NCBI GenBank assembly: GCA_963711735.1
Contig: CAVQFA010000005.1
Span: 7,525 to 71,524 of the forward strand
Length of the DNA: 64,000 bases
Direction of reading: 5' to 3'
DNA from: Candidatus Gottesmanbacteria bacterium
GTDB lineage: Bacteria; Patescibacteriota; Microgenomatia; UBA10105; UBA927
Shown piece after piece: positions 50,838 through 61,049 of the stretch. The translations under genes and the position numbers were made by a program. Under the pieces are notes generated by a model. The model saw only the letters and a program-made list of their open reading frames with translations. It was not told the origin of the DNA and ran no database searches. Position 1 is the first letter of the stretch. Each line of letters begins with the position of its first letter.

Positions 50838-51737
50838 CTATTTTTTTATCAGATACTTCTTTACGAAGTAGATAATGATAAGTATCGGGATCCAGATGAC
50901 GCTGTAAACCGCAAGCCAGATGCCGGCACCCGCAACTTTCCGGAGTTCTGATATGAGTGACCGTACGGCTGTTTTAAATATGACTTCCGGTCGCCATGTA
51001 TCTGATGGGGCATACGGGAGGGCTAACTCATCAGTTGAAAGGTAGATGGTGACGCGCGCGAGTTTGGCATTATTTTTCAATGCTTCCTGGGATCCTTTGA
51101 GGCTGTCGATTTGCTCCTGGATGTTGACTATTTGGTTTGTGAGGTTCGTGATATCGGAAATTTCCCGGGCTGTTGCCATGATTTCCTCATACTTCGTCAT
51201 GGTTTTTTCAAGGATTGCGATCCTTTTGTCGACATCGATGTACTGATCCGTCACGTCCGAGCCTGACAGGTTTTCTGACACAACTTTGACAGCCATACCC
51301 CTCAGCGCTGTCAGGAAAGTCTTCAGTTTATCTGATTCTATCCGTACCGTCACAGTTGCAGTCGGCGCATCCTGCGGGTTCGTGACACTCGATGACACCA
51401 TATATCCGCCCATCGTTTCGGCAATAGCGATAATCTGATCGGTGACACCCTGTACGTTTTTAACGAGAAGCGACAAATTTGACTCACGGATAACCATACG
51501 GTTGGTTACCCCGGGTTGCGGAGCTACATCAAACGACGGAGGCATGATTCCTATACTTTTCGCTGCCATCCCGCCGATGGCAGACGGAACTGACTCCATC
51601 ATTGCGTCGGATGACCGGAAAGTAGAAACAGTATTGGTACCCCCGAGCGTGATAATTCTGGATTTCGGGATGAGAAGAACGAGAATGATAACGATAAGAA
51701 GTGCAGTGAGTTTGTTTTGTTTAATCCACTGAATCAT
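50838..51737 (-). CDS. Hypothetical membrane protein (N- and C-terminal TM, central coiled-coil-like region).
   Basis: TM LTALLIVIILVLLI at the N-terminus and WLAVYSVIWIPILIIIYFV at the C-terminus. Confidence 0.4.
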   Translation of the reverse strand: MIQWIKQNKLTALLIVIILVLLIPKSRIITLGGTNTVSTFRSSDAMMESVPSAIGGMAAKSIGIMPPSFDVAPQPGVTNRMVIRESNLSLLVKNVQGVTDQIIAIAETMGGYMVSSSVTNPQDAPTATVTVRIESDKLKTFLTALRGMAVKVVSENLSGSDVTDQYIDVDKRIAILEKTMTKYEEIMATAREISDITNLTNQIVNIQEQIDSLKGSQEALKNNAKLARVTIYLSTDELALPYAPSDTWRPEVIFKTAVRSLISELRKVAGAGIWLAVYSVIWIPILIIIYFVKKYLIKK

Positions 51738-51769
51738 AGGAGTACTTCTATGCTACCTCTTGTTCGGAG

Positions 51770-52687
51770 GTGTTGTCAAATGCGCAGGATTATATTGATT
51801 TTCTTGTCTTAATGTGCTATATAGGGTCAAGCTTCTCTATGATGGTTGAATCTGGTCAGTCAAGAACTTTTGTACTAGGCGAACACATATGTCCTCCTGA
51901 TGATGTCAGTGTTACAGAGAAAATTTTTGGAAAGGGAGCCAGAATCATCGGCGATCCGTTACCGGAAATGGATTTGATTGAACTTTCAGAAACACACCCG
52001 GGTGAGTTTGTCGGGTATCAAAATGCACCACCCCTGTCAGACAAATGGTCCCAACTTGTCTGCCCTTTGGGTTGCCAGCGTCCCCATATTAAACTCGAGA
52101 ACGTTATAAGGGAAATTCAGAGTCCGTATTATCTGGGTCTTGCCAGCTGGATGGCAATCAGATACATAGGATTTCCGGAATATAAGTTGATCGGTCCGGA
52201 AGCCTATTTTATCGGTAAATTTAATAACAATCCGACTCATATTGCGCGCTATCTTGCAGGGGTAGGATTAACCCTGAAAGGAAACAAGCTGTACCCGGAT
52301 ATCTATGAGGGGTTAGGGCAGGGAATGTTTAATAATTTGGAACTGCCAAAGTTAGATATAATTGATGGAATTATCCATGGGAGTATTACGCAATGGCGGC
52401 AGATTATGACAAGAGAGGCATCGGATTTCCAGAGGGAAACAAAAAACGCCGTAGAGCAAATCCCATTCTCCCTCAGAAAAATATTTTTTGCACTGGATAC
52501 AGACAACAGACTTCAGCAATTTTTACTGTTTCCGCGACGCGAGATGCATCCCGCACTCGGAAAACCTGATTTACCCGAATTGACTTTCGAAGAACAGGAA
52601 GCGTATGACAGAATCGGACGGCTATTCCGGGGAACGCATCCATTTGCCAGGTATTTTATGAGACCTTCCGTTGAACCTTCATTATAA
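51770..52687 (+). CDS. Hypothetical protein (start uncertain).
   Basis: 305-aa ORF, no recognisable motif. Confidence 0.3.
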   Translation: MLSNAQDYIDFLVLMCYIGSSFSMMVESGQSRTFVLGEHICPPDDVSVTEKIFGKGARIIGDPLPEMDLIELSETHPGEFVGYQNAPPLSDKWSQLVCPLGCQRPHIKLENVIREIQSPYYLGLASWMAIRYIGFPEYKLIGPEAYFIGKFNNNPTHIARYLAGVGLTLKGNKLYPDIYEGLGQGMFNNLELPKLDIIDGIIHGSITQWRQIMTREASDFQRETKNAVEQIPFSLRKIFFALDTDNRLQQFLLFPRREMHPALGKPDLPELTFEEQEAYDRIGRLFRGTHPFARYFMRPSVEPSL

Positions 52688-52756
52688 TATCCCCCAAACT
52701 GTCAGGATAATTCATACAACTTTTTACCATTATCTGTGCGGTCTTGTTGAATGAAT

Positions 52757-53071
52757 TTACAAAAAGGTCTGCGGAGCCATGGACTCGACAACCGCTTGTG
52801 TAGATGCTTTATTATAATCAATAACAGTGTACCTGCATGCTTCAGAGATAATCCGTAAAGTACGATTAAGTTTCGAACACCCGATACATCCGGTGTTATG
52901 TTCGAGAATTTCAGCAAGTGTTACTTCCACGTCGCTTTGATATATGGGGATGAGGCTTTCACTCTGCATCAAAAGGATGATTGCGTTGCGGATTTCATTA
53001 CCCGTAGGGCATTGGGGACCAGCTTGATTACATCGGCGTTCCAAACCTGCCATAGTCTTTGTCGTGGGCAA
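52757..53071 (-). CDS. Small hypothetical protein with Cys pairs (C-x6-C ... C-x2-C).
   Basis: 104 aa. CNQAGPQC and TGCIGCSK motifs. Confidence 0.3.
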   Translation of the reverse strand: MPTTKTMAGLERRCNQAGPQCPTGNEIRNAIILLMQSESLIPIYQSDVEVTLAEILEHNTGCIGCSKLNRTLRIISEACRYTVIDYNKASTQAVVESMAPQTFL

Positions 53072-53411
53072 TAGACAGACAGAGTGTACGGTATCGTGAG
53101 ATACATTTCAAGTACACTACGAACCATCACAGTTTTCAGTCAGACCACAATATATCAGAATTCCAAAAATTACTAAAAAAATGATTATGGACTATCCTGA
53201 CAGGTCAATTTTCCCTACTTGACAGATGACATTATGAGGTGTATAAATATTTTTTACTCTTTTACGTCCTCCTGGACTTCCACCTCTCCTTAGGGGTGGA
53301 GATCCAAGAGGATTTTTTTGTTTATCTGACATAGCCTCATTGCATGATTCATTTTAAGCCTGATAATCTGTGCGTGTGGATTGAACTGATTTTTGGTATG
53401 ATGGAGGCAAG

Positions 53412-55442
53412 ATGAAGAAAGAATTAACGGATTTGTTATCAGCGATATTAAAGGATTTAGGGGTGGGTGACATCGACCCGGAAATTTCCATATCCGAAAA
53501 CCCCATACACGGGGAGTACACGACAAATGTTGCTTTACGGCTTACAAAAGTCCTGAAAAAGCCTCCGATGGACATCGCACTACAGGTTAAAGATGCTCTC
53601 GATGGTCATATTTCCAGCGTTAGCCACGACCAACCTGATCAGAACTTGAACCGAAGTGGTCAAAAGATATCAGCAGACAATAAGGTTTTTAGCGTGTTAC
53701 AGGATATAGAGAGTGTTGAAGTTGCTCCTCCGGGCTTCATAAATTTCAAAATTTCCGAGGCTAAACTTAGCAGTCGGATATCTGAAGTGCTAATTGAACA
53801 AGACCGCCGTGATACGCCGCAAACAAACAGCGCAAAACAGGGGAAAAACCGGGTTATGGTCGAGTTTGCTCATCCCAATACTCATAAAGCTTTTCACATC
53901 GGTCATCTTAGGAACATTTCAACAGGCGAATCCATTGTCCGTCTTCTGGAGTCCCGGGGGATAAAAGTGATACGAGCCAACTATCAGGGTGATGTGGGGC
54001 TCCATATTGCCAAGTGTCTGTATGCGATGCGGGAGCTGCCGGAGTATAAAAACGAGCTACCGAAGGTGAAAAATAAATCCATAAAAGAAAAAGTAGAGTT
54101 CCTCGGTAAAGTATACGCAGCCGGAAGCCAGGAATATGAAAAGGATGAGAAAATCAAAAAGATCATTCATGATTACAATTTTCTTATCTATGCGTCAGCG
54201 GCTAAGTTTTCAGTGGAAAGGGGTTTACCGCCGATATCCACCGATTACCTGACGTTTGTTAAAGAGCGTAAAGACGAGCTGGATGAAGTATATACACTGT
54301 GGATTGAGACGCGGCAGTGGAGTCTGGACTATTACGAAAGCATTTACAAACGCGTTTATTCCCGTTTTGACAGGCTGTATTTTGAAAGCGAGTGCCTGTC
54401 GGGGGTTGATTATGCCAAAGATGCCGTAAAAAAAGGAGTTCTGAAGGAAAGCGACGGTGCGATCATCTTTGACGGTAAACCATATGGATTGGATACGAGG
54501 GTGTTTGTCAACAGCCTCGGGCTTCCGACTTACGAAGGCAAGGAACTTGCACTTTCCACGATTCAGTTTTCCCAATATAAAGGAATAGAAAAACTCATTC
54601 ACGTCGTCGGGCCTGAACAGGTGAGTTTTTTCCGGGTGTCATTTAAGGCAGAAGAGCTTTTGGGTATCCAGAAAGGGCAGCAGTATCACCTCGTGTACGG
54701 CTGGGTGAGGCTTAAACACGGAAAAATGTCGTCGAGGCTTGGTAATGTCGTCACAGGTGAGGCGCTACTGGATGAAGTGAAGAAAGAGATATACACTATA
54801 CTGCATAAAAGTGATGTAAAACATAAAGAAAGTAAACAAAGTACAACTGATCTATCGCATAGTATTGCAAAAGAACAATACCGGTCCGCTCCCGATCACA
54901 CATCATTAACAACCGAAGAGATGGAAGATGTAGCAGAGAAGGCGACAATAGCAGCGGTTAAATATACATTTCTGAAGGTCGGAACACTTCAGGATATAGC
55001 ATTTGACATAAAAGAATCCGTCAATCTCAACGGCGACTCCGGACCGTACCTTCTTTATACCTACGCCAGGTGCAAATCAGTAATCAGTAAATCGAAAGGA
55101 ATAGCGTACAAATCACAACCTGCAACGTATACCTTCAACCCCGAAGAGCGCGCTCTCGCACGCCTCCTTCTCTTTTTTCCGGACATCGTTGCAGATGCGG
55201 CTGACAATTACTCTCCAAATACGATTTGTACATACCTATTTGAATTAGCTCAGGCATTTAATCTGTTTTACGCCAAACATTCTATTCTGGGAACTGACAA
55301 CTCACCTGCCCGCAATGCTTCGCAACGCGATGCAGGCGGGCAACCTACAACGTACAACCGTTTACGTTTGACCGATGCTACTGCCCGGATTCTCAAAAAC
55401 GGTCTTTCCCTCCTCGGGATAGAAACAGTAGAGAGGATGTGA
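53412..55442 (+). CDS. argS: Arginyl-tRNA synthetase (long form, 676 aa).
   Basis: N-terminal anticodon/D-arm-binding pattern LLSAILKDLGV...ENPIHGEYTTNVALRL. Class I HIGH region VEFAHPNTHKAFHIGHLRNISTGESI. Ends with TGA. Confidence 0.9.
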   Translation: MKKELTDLLSAILKDLGVGDIDPEISISENPIHGEYTTNVALRLTKVLKKPPMDIALQVKDALDGHISSVSHDQPDQNLNRSGQKISADNKVFSVLQDIESVEVAPPGFINFKISEAKLSSRISEVLIEQDRRDTPQTNSAKQGKNRVMVEFAHPNTHKAFHIGHLRNISTGESIVRLLESRGIKVIRANYQGDVGLHIAKCLYAMRELPEYKNELPKVKNKSIKEKVEFLGKVYAAGSQEYEKDEKIKKIIHDYNFLIYASAAKFSVERGLPPISTDYLTFVKERKDELDEVYTLWIETRQWSLDYYESIYKRVYSRFDRLYFESECLSGVDYAKDAVKKGVLKESDGAIIFDGKPYGLDTRVFVNSLGLPTYEGKELALSTIQFSQYKGIEKLIHVVGPEQVSFFRVSFKAEELLGIQKGQQYHLVYGWVRLKHGKMSSRLGNVVTGEALLDEVKKEIYTILHKSDVKHKESKQSTTDLSHSIAKEQYRSAPDHTSLTTEEMEDVAEKATIAAVKYTFLKVGTLQDIAFDIKESVNLNGDSGPYLLYTYARCKSVISKSKGIAYKSQPATYTFNPEERALARLLLFFPDIVADAADNYSPNTICTYLFELAQAFNLFYAKHSILGTDNSPARNASQRDAGGQPTTYNRLRLTDATARILKNGLSLLGIETVERM

Positions 55443-55472
55443 GGGAAAAAGAAGGATAATGTAAATGAAACA

Positions 55473-55859
55473 TTATTTACTTTCGTCTTCTGAGGTCATT
55501 CGTGTATAGATTTCAAACGCACTTTGTATCGTACCGGGATTTATGCCTGCACGGAAAAGTGCGAGTGAACTTTGTGTTGCTTCAAACGCCAATTCTCCGA
55601 GCGCTCCGAATACAGTTTCGGGATCCATTATTTTTCCGGCACGCTCATACGCAGGCTGAAGAGCGTGGATTCTGAGCCATTCCGACCCAGAATATCCCGG
55701 GGAATGATTCTTATCAGGATTTTCAAACGGTAAACCGTCATGGGATTTTTCAATTGCTTGTTGCAGTGCAAACGTCATGTACGCAACATACTTCGTTTTT
55801 TCCGAGTGGAATTTTCTTCCTTTAAATACTTCCGCAAACGATTTTCCGTTTTCTTTCAT
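55473..55859 (-). CDS. Hypothetical 128-aa protein (MKENGKSFAEVF...). The upstream part of ORF 55473..56309 is probably a shadow of the nuclease gene.
   Basis: The C-terminal 128 aa begin at an ATG (revcomp of 55857-55859). The remainder overlaps the well-supported + strand nuclease. Confidence 0.35.
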   Translation of the reverse strand: MKENGKSFAEVFKGRKFHSEKTKYVAYMTFALQQAIEKSHDGLPFENPDKNHSPGYSGSEWLRIHALQPAYERAGKIMDPETVFGALGELAFEATQSSLALFRAGINPGTIQSAFEIYTRMTSEDESK

Positions 55860-55946
55860 GGCATGCAGTATACCAAAAAATATTAAGCTCTGCAGATTGC
55901 ATATACTAATAGTACATTTCACAGGACGTTGCGTTATACTGGATGC

Positions 55947-56684
55947 ATGAAGCGCAAAGCATGCTGTGTAACGGAAAATATAGTACAGACCGTTCTTCTT
56001 ATTGTTCTTGCCATCTCTCTTATCCTCAATGCAGTCTTTTTGACAGAAAATTATCGCGGGAGTATCGTCACGTACGTTCCTGACGGGGATTCTCTTGACC
56101 TGGCAGACGGCAGGCGTGTGCGCCTTCTGGGTGTGGATGCGCCGGAGGTCGGTAGGTGCATGGCTGACCAAGCGCGTTTGCGGTTGGAACATGCAGCACT
56201 CGGCAGGCACGTGCGGATGAAAAATACCCTGACGGATTCGTACGGGCGGATTCTGGCAAACGTGATCGTTGAAGATCCGAAAGCATTCTTCGCATATAAC
56301 ATGTTCCAAATCAGAAAGATGCTCGGATATCAGGAAGACTTCGCGAAGATCGATCCTTATCTTAATCGCGCATTGGTACGCGACGGGCTAGCTAAATTCA
56401 CATTTGTTCGCAGTCCTTACTATGAAGTGCTAAAGAGTGCGCAGGAGACTGCCAGATCAATGAATCTTGGTATTTATTCAACATTATGTCGTAGTACCGA
56501 ACCTCCCGAAGGCTGTACAATCAAAGGCAACATCCGCGCGGATACGATGTATTTCTATCCTGAGACCTGTTCTCTTTGGAAACAGGTGATCGTTGATTTA
56601 AGTTTCGGCGATATGTGGTTATGTACCGTTGAGGAAGCAAAAGAGAATGGATTTGTACTGGCACCGGGGTGTGTTTCCAAGTAA
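55947..56684 (+). CDS. Secreted or membrane-anchored thermonuclease (SNase/micrococcal nuclease fold) with a C-terminal Cys-containing GC-x-IKGNI...Y-x-P domain.
   Basis: TM IVQTVLLIVLAISLILNAVFL. SNase motif VTYVPDGDSLDLADGRRVRLLGVDAPEV. C-terminus EGCTIKGNIRADTMYFYPETCSLWKQVIVD...MWLCTVEEAKENGFV resembles the C-terminal module of Bacillus YncB/YhcR-type secreted nucleases (from memory). Confidence 0.75.
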   Translation: MKRKACCVTENIVQTVLLIVLAISLILNAVFLTENYRGSIVTYVPDGDSLDLADGRRVRLLGVDAPEVGRCMADQARLRLEHAALGRHVRMKNTLTDSYGRILANVIVEDPKAFFAYNMFQIRKMLGYQEDFAKIDPYLNRALVRDGLAKFTFVRSPYYEVLKSAQETARSMNLGIYSTLCRSTEPPEGCTIKGNIRADTMYFYPETCSLWKQVIVDLSFGDMWLCTVEEAKENGFVLAPGCVSK

Positions 56685-56687
56685 ATA

Positions 56688-57419
56688 TTAATATTCCTTT
56701 CCTCCAAACACGAGATCGACTGCGTAGATAGTACCGTCTTTAATCCCAACACCGACACCCATATGGGTAAATTCGGTGCTGAGTAAGTTTGCATTGTGCG
56801 GTCCGCTCGATGCAAATACGTCACGGATGAGTGCCCGTGCGTCTTTCTTATTTCCATAGAAGGAATTTTCACCGAGCATCATGAACTTGAACTGTTTGGC
56901 GCGCGTTTCAAATTCCGCTTTAAACCCATCGTGCCCGTCCATACCTCCTATGGATATGTATGCGTTTGCACGCTCCTGAGCCCACCCTGCCAGTCCGTCA
57001 TTCCAGGTATAGGGAGACATACCTTTTTCGACACGATAGCTGTTCACTTCCGAAAATATCTCTTTCGGGTAGGTGTCTCGTGAACTTTCGTGAACAGGAG
57101 TCGGATTTGCTGTGACGTCTGTTTGATCTGTATCGCTTAAACGGGGACTGTGAGTCGGGATTATAAGAGTAGGAGTAGTTTCTGTTTCTTGCGTTGGGTA
57201 TGTTTCCGGGTAGTATATGACAGCAGATGGTCTATGTACCGGACTCGGGGTGGGTGTGGCGGGCGGAAGAGTAGGGTGCACCTCAAGTATTGCCGGAATA
57301 TATACGGTGTAAATACCCAAGACTGACGGACCTCCCTGAAGAGCGTACCGCATGATGCCTATGGCGCATCCAAGTGCAGCGATGAAAAATAAAATTGGAA
57401 TAAATCGTTTTCGTCTCAT
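56688..57419 (-). CDS. CAP/SCP/PR-1 (YkwD-like) domain protein with an N-terminal TM and a Pro/Thr-rich linker.
   Basis: TM FIPILFFIAALGCAIGI. Linker PTLPPATPTPSPV...TETTPTLIIPT. CAP core YTWNDGLAGWAQERANAYI...GPHNANLLSTEFTHMGVGVGIKDGTIYAVDLVF. Confidence 0.65.
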   Translation of the reverse strand: MRRKRFIPILFFIAALGCAIGIMRYALQGGPSVLGIYTVYIPAILEVHPTLPPATPTPSPVHRPSAVIYYPETYPTQETETTPTLIIPTHSPRLSDTDQTDVTANPTPVHESSRDTYPKEIFSEVNSYRVEKGMSPYTWNDGLAGWAQERANAYISIGGMDGHDGFKAEFETRAKQFKFMMLGENSFYGNKKDARALIRDVFASSGPHNANLLSTEFTHMGVGVGIKDGTIYAVDLVFGGKEY

Positions 57420-57579
57420 TTAGATAAGCCAAACCATGAAAAAAATACTTCCGTTTTTCATGGGGGGCAGGGGGTAGGATAATTCTATCTAACAGCATCC
57501 CCGGGGAGCGGTCAAGAGGGGAGATCTATTATTGTTTTATAGATTACCTTATTAACAGGAACAAAAATTGAATTCGGGG

Positions 57580-58131
57580 TTAACGTTGCCTATATACGCG
57601 GTTTATTAATACTTCTCCATCTTTTTCTGTAATTTCCAGCTTATGTGGTTCATACAAACCTAATCCTTTTCGTCCTTCATAATTATTCATTAATATGTAA
57701 GGAACACCTTGGTGTTCTTGAAGTATAGGTTGTACCAGAATATTAGGATCGTTCGGGTCTGTCTTGAGAAGATAGGAATGTGGTACCACTCCTAAATATT
57801 CGTTATCTATACCATAAAGCGGATATTCAGAAGATATTAAAACTAAACGCTGTTCACCTAAGGAAATGGTGACGAAACCAACCGTATGGTTAGCCTTTTC
57901 GGGCAATGTATCAACCAATCGGAACGGTTCCAAATAAACACCTTTTTCGGATTGCACATCGAGTATGAATGGCTCTGGTTTAAGCATAGCGTGAGAAACA
58001 GGAAGGAGACATTTTACGATAGCTCTTGTTGGCGACAGCATTTCTGTCTGTAACATTGATGAAGCGTCTTCTACGAATTGAGGATTATATACCCCGACAA
58101 TTTCACGTAAAAATTCCGGTTGTGTACTCAT
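57580..58131 (-). CDS. Hypothetical protein.
   Basis: 183-aa ORF, no recognisable motif. Confidence 0.35.
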   Translation of the reverse strand: MSTQPEFLREIVGVYNPQFVEDASSMLQTEMLSPTRAIVKCLLPVSHAMLKPEPFILDVQSEKGVYLEPFRLVDTLPEKANHTVGFVTISLGEQRLVLISSEYPLYGIDNEYLGVVPHSYLLKTDPNDPNILVQPILQEHQGVPYILMNNYEGRKGLGLYEPHKLEITEKDGEVLINRVYRQR

Positions 58132-58263
58132 AGTTTGGAGTATTATAGATAGATTATCTTAAAAATGCAACATTATAGTATTCACACGTAATCAATCCTA
58201 AAGTAAGAGTATCAGGGAGTAGCATCAGACACAATGACATCGGTTTCCTGATATAATCTTTTC

Positions 58264-60165
58264 ATGAATCAGGACCACATCCGCAATTTTGCCATCATCG
58301 CCCATATCGATCACGGGAAATCCACACTTGCCGACAGGCTTTTGGAGATGACCGGAACGGTTGCCATGCGCGACATGTCCGCCCAGCTTCTGGATTCTAA
58401 TCCGATTGAGCGCGAGAGGGGGATTACGATCAAACTTGCACCGGTGAGGATGAAATATCAGTCTAAAGTTTATGGGGAAAAGTTGAAACATGAAAGCTAT
58501 GTCCTGAATCTGATCGACACTCCCGGACACGTAGACTTTTCTTACGAAGTATCCCGGAGTCTGGCTGCGTGCGAAGGTGCCATTCTCGTTGTAGATGCGA
58601 CCCAGGGCGTCCAGGCGCAGACGCTTGCGCATCTTCACCAGGCGAGGCTTCATAAACTGACGGTCATTCCGGTTATCAATAAAATCGACATGCCGAATGC
58701 AAGAATCAGTACGTGTACGGACGAGTTGTGCGCGTTGGGATTTGCTAAAGATGAAATTATTGAAATTTCCGCTAAAATTGGCACTAATGTCGCTAGAGTG
58801 CTTGATGCAGTGGTTGAGCGCATACCACCGCCCCAGGGTATTTCCGGGAACCGGCTCCGCGCTCTTGTTTTTTCATCCCAGTATGATCCGCATAAAGGTG
58901 TCGTCGTATTTGTCCGAGTTGTGGATGGAGCAATACCTTTTACCGACATAAACAAAAATCAACTACACCTCCGATTTCTCGCATCAGGAGCACAAGTGAC
59001 ACCGATTGAAGTAGGGTATTTCAATCCGAAAATGGTGCGTTCTGACGGGATTGAAACAGGTGAAGTCGGATACATTGCAACCGGTCTTAAAGATATCCGC
59101 ATGGCGAAAGTAGGAGATACTGTCACTCTGGTAGGCGATAAAGTATCGACTATCAGTGATGTTCAACCTCTTCCCGGCTACAAAGAGCCTAAACCTATGG
59201 TATTTTTAAGCCTTTTTCCCGTATCTGCCGATGAATTCAGCGATGCGCGTGAGGCTATGGAGAAGCTCCGGTTGTCCGACAGCGCATTTACCTTCCGTCC
59301 GATTTCCTCAGCGGCGCTTGGCAACGGCTTCCACTGCGGATTTCTGGGCCTTCTTCACGCGGAAGTCGTACAGGAGAGAATTTTACGCGAGTTTGATCTG
59401 ACCATGATCGCAACAGCCCCGAGTGTTGAATACAGGCTGAAACTCAAACCCGGAGTCAAGTTTGATAAACTGGGATTTACCGCCAATCAGGTCGTCCGGG
59501 AGGATTCTTCATCACACGTTCTGGTTATCCAGTCTGCATCTGAATTTCCTGATCCGACTGTTATCGATGAGGTGAAAGAGCCCATGATGACGCTGACGAT
59601 TTTCACCCCCAAGAAATACGTCGGCGCAGTCATGCAACTTGCCCAGGAGAAGCGGGGAGAGTACATGGATCTGACGTATCTCGCTGACAATGCAGAATTT
59701 ACCTATATCATCCCCCTGTCTGAGATGATTATCGACTTTTTTGACCGTTTGAAGAGCATCTCAGAAGGCTACGCGAGCCTGGATTATGCGTTCTTCGACT
59801 GGCAGACGGTTGACGTGTCCAAAGTCGATATACTCCTGAATCATGAAAAAGTAGACGCGCTCTCATTTCTCGTGGTTAAAGAACAGTCCCAAAGGAGGGC
59901 ACGTGAGATCGTGGAACGCTTAGCAATGGTCATTCCGCGCCAGCAGTTCAATATTCCCGTGCAGGGGGCAATCGGGGGTGCGGTGATTGCCAGAAGCGAT
60001 ATTAAGCCCTTCCGTAAAGACGTCATCCAGAAGCTCTACGGAGGCGACCGTACGCGTAAAGACAAGCTCCTGAAAAAGCAGAAAAAGGGCAAAGCGAAGA
60101 TGAAACTTATCGGCCGTGTTGAGATTCCGCAGTCAGCCTTTTTCGAGGTTCTGAAACGGGAGTAA
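58264..60165 (+). CDS. lepA: Elongation factor 4 (LepA) translational GTPase.
   Basis: IRNFAIIAHIDHGKSTLADRLL G1 motif, DTPGHVDF G3, NKIDMP G4. 633 aa. Ends with TAA. Confidence 0.95.
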   Translation: MNQDHIRNFAIIAHIDHGKSTLADRLLEMTGTVAMRDMSAQLLDSNPIERERGITIKLAPVRMKYQSKVYGEKLKHESYVLNLIDTPGHVDFSYEVSRSLAACEGAILVVDATQGVQAQTLAHLHQARLHKLTVIPVINKIDMPNARISTCTDELCALGFAKDEIIEISAKIGTNVARVLDAVVERIPPPQGISGNRLRALVFSSQYDPHKGVVVFVRVVDGAIPFTDINKNQLHLRFLASGAQVTPIEVGYFNPKMVRSDGIETGEVGYIATGLKDIRMAKVGDTVTLVGDKVSTISDVQPLPGYKEPKPMVFLSLFPVSADEFSDAREAMEKLRLSDSAFTFRPISSAALGNGFHCGFLGLLHAEVVQERILREFDLTMIATAPSVEYRLKLKPGVKFDKLGFTANQVVREDSSSHVLVIQSASEFPDPTVIDEVKEPMMTLTIFTPKKYVGAVMQLAQEKRGEYMDLTYLADNAEFTYIIPLSEMIIDFFDRLKSISEGYASLDYAFFDWQTVDVSKVDILLNHEKVDALSFLVVKEQSQRRAREIVERLAMVIPRQQFNIPVQGAIGGAVIARSDIKPFRKDVIQKLYGGDRTRKDKLLKKQKKGKAKMKLIGRVEIPQSAFFEVLKRE

Positions 60166-60230
60166 CTATAGGATTTTAGGCTTGATAGTGATGATACGAT
60201 TTGATATCATCCGGATACTGCCATTAACCT

Positions 60231-61013
60231 ATGCCGTTACCTGAAAGGCAATTTGGATCAGAATTTTTAAACAGCCCGCCTGGTAGAATAAAACTCTTCG
60301 GGGAGTATTTTCAAACCGCCCGTGATTTTCAATTTCCACAGATAGGGTCTCCTGATATGCCCCAGGCGATGAGCGAGTTTACAGAATTGTTTTTCGATTA
60401 TATCCAAAACTGCGGATACTTTGAGCCAGCGGCAGTGTCAGATTATCATAATTATTGGATATATAATGCCATGTATGACCCGGTTTTGCAGGATGCATCA
60501 TTCCGGATCCTTGAGCATGCAGGATTAAATAATCAGGATGTCACGAAAACATTTTTCTGTCTCTGTCTTCGAAGGTCCGGTATCATTTTGCCTGAAGTCG
60601 AAGAGATGATGTATAGATTTGCATCCGGCATGGGGAAGGGAACTTTTGATAATCAGGACCATGCGGAAAGTTTTATATGGAAAATTGCAGATAATAGTAC
60701 GGAACGATCCGGAAAAAATGAGTTACTTTTTTATCGGGATAGGTTATACGGGAAAGAGCCGGATAAATTGGATTTATTTGATTTGTATTATGACTCTCCC
60801 AGAGGTAGACAACTGAGGCTTTTTGATTTCATTGATTTTTTATGCAACGACAGCGGTACAATAAGCGGAACTCTACCTCGTAATCCACTGATTCCTGAGA
60901 CTTTTGCTATCGAGCGGGTATCCGGTGAATATAAGGATTTTATATTCGGAATAAAAAACGGTGGTCTCCCGTTTATCCGGCATGATTTTGAAAAGTATAC
61001 TTCAGGAGTATAA
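60231..61013 (+). CDS. Hypothetical protein.
   Basis: 260-aa ORF, no recognisable motif. Confidence 0.35.
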   Translation: MPLPERQFGSEFLNSPPGRIKLFGEYFQTARDFQFPQIGSPDMPQAMSEFTELFFDYIQNCGYFEPAAVSDYHNYWIYNAMYDPVLQDASFRILEHAGLNNQDVTKTFFCLCLRRSGIILPEVEEMMYRFASGMGKGTFDNQDHAESFIWKIADNSTERSGKNELLFYRDRLYGKEPDKLDLFDLYYDSPRGRQLRLFDFIDFLCNDSGTISGTLPRNPLIPETFAIERVSGEYKDFIFGIKNGGLPFIRHDFEKYTSGV

Positions 61014-61049
61014 ATTTCCTCTTTCAGCTGATCGTGGTATAGTTTACTA

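Noticed and set aside
53270-53411. T-box riboswitch upstream of argS (TTAGGGGTGG resembles the T-box AGGGUGG core).
   Set aside because: The match is partial and lies on the 3' arm of the hairpin rather than the 5' side of an antiterminator. No recognisable stem I, specifier loop or AG-bulge. Kept only as a low-interest hairpin.
53290-53575. Small minus-strand ORFs 53290..53526 and 53354..53575 overlapping the argS start.
   Set aside because: They overlap the well-supported argS 5' end and have no motif; the overlap is a shadow.
55860-56309. N-terminal 150 aa of ORF 55473..56309 (MEHVICEECFRIFNDHVCQN...).
   Set aside because: Overlaps the + strand thermonuclease gene, which has strong SNase motifs. 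Only the C-terminal 128 aa (from Met at 55859) are kept as a possible gene.
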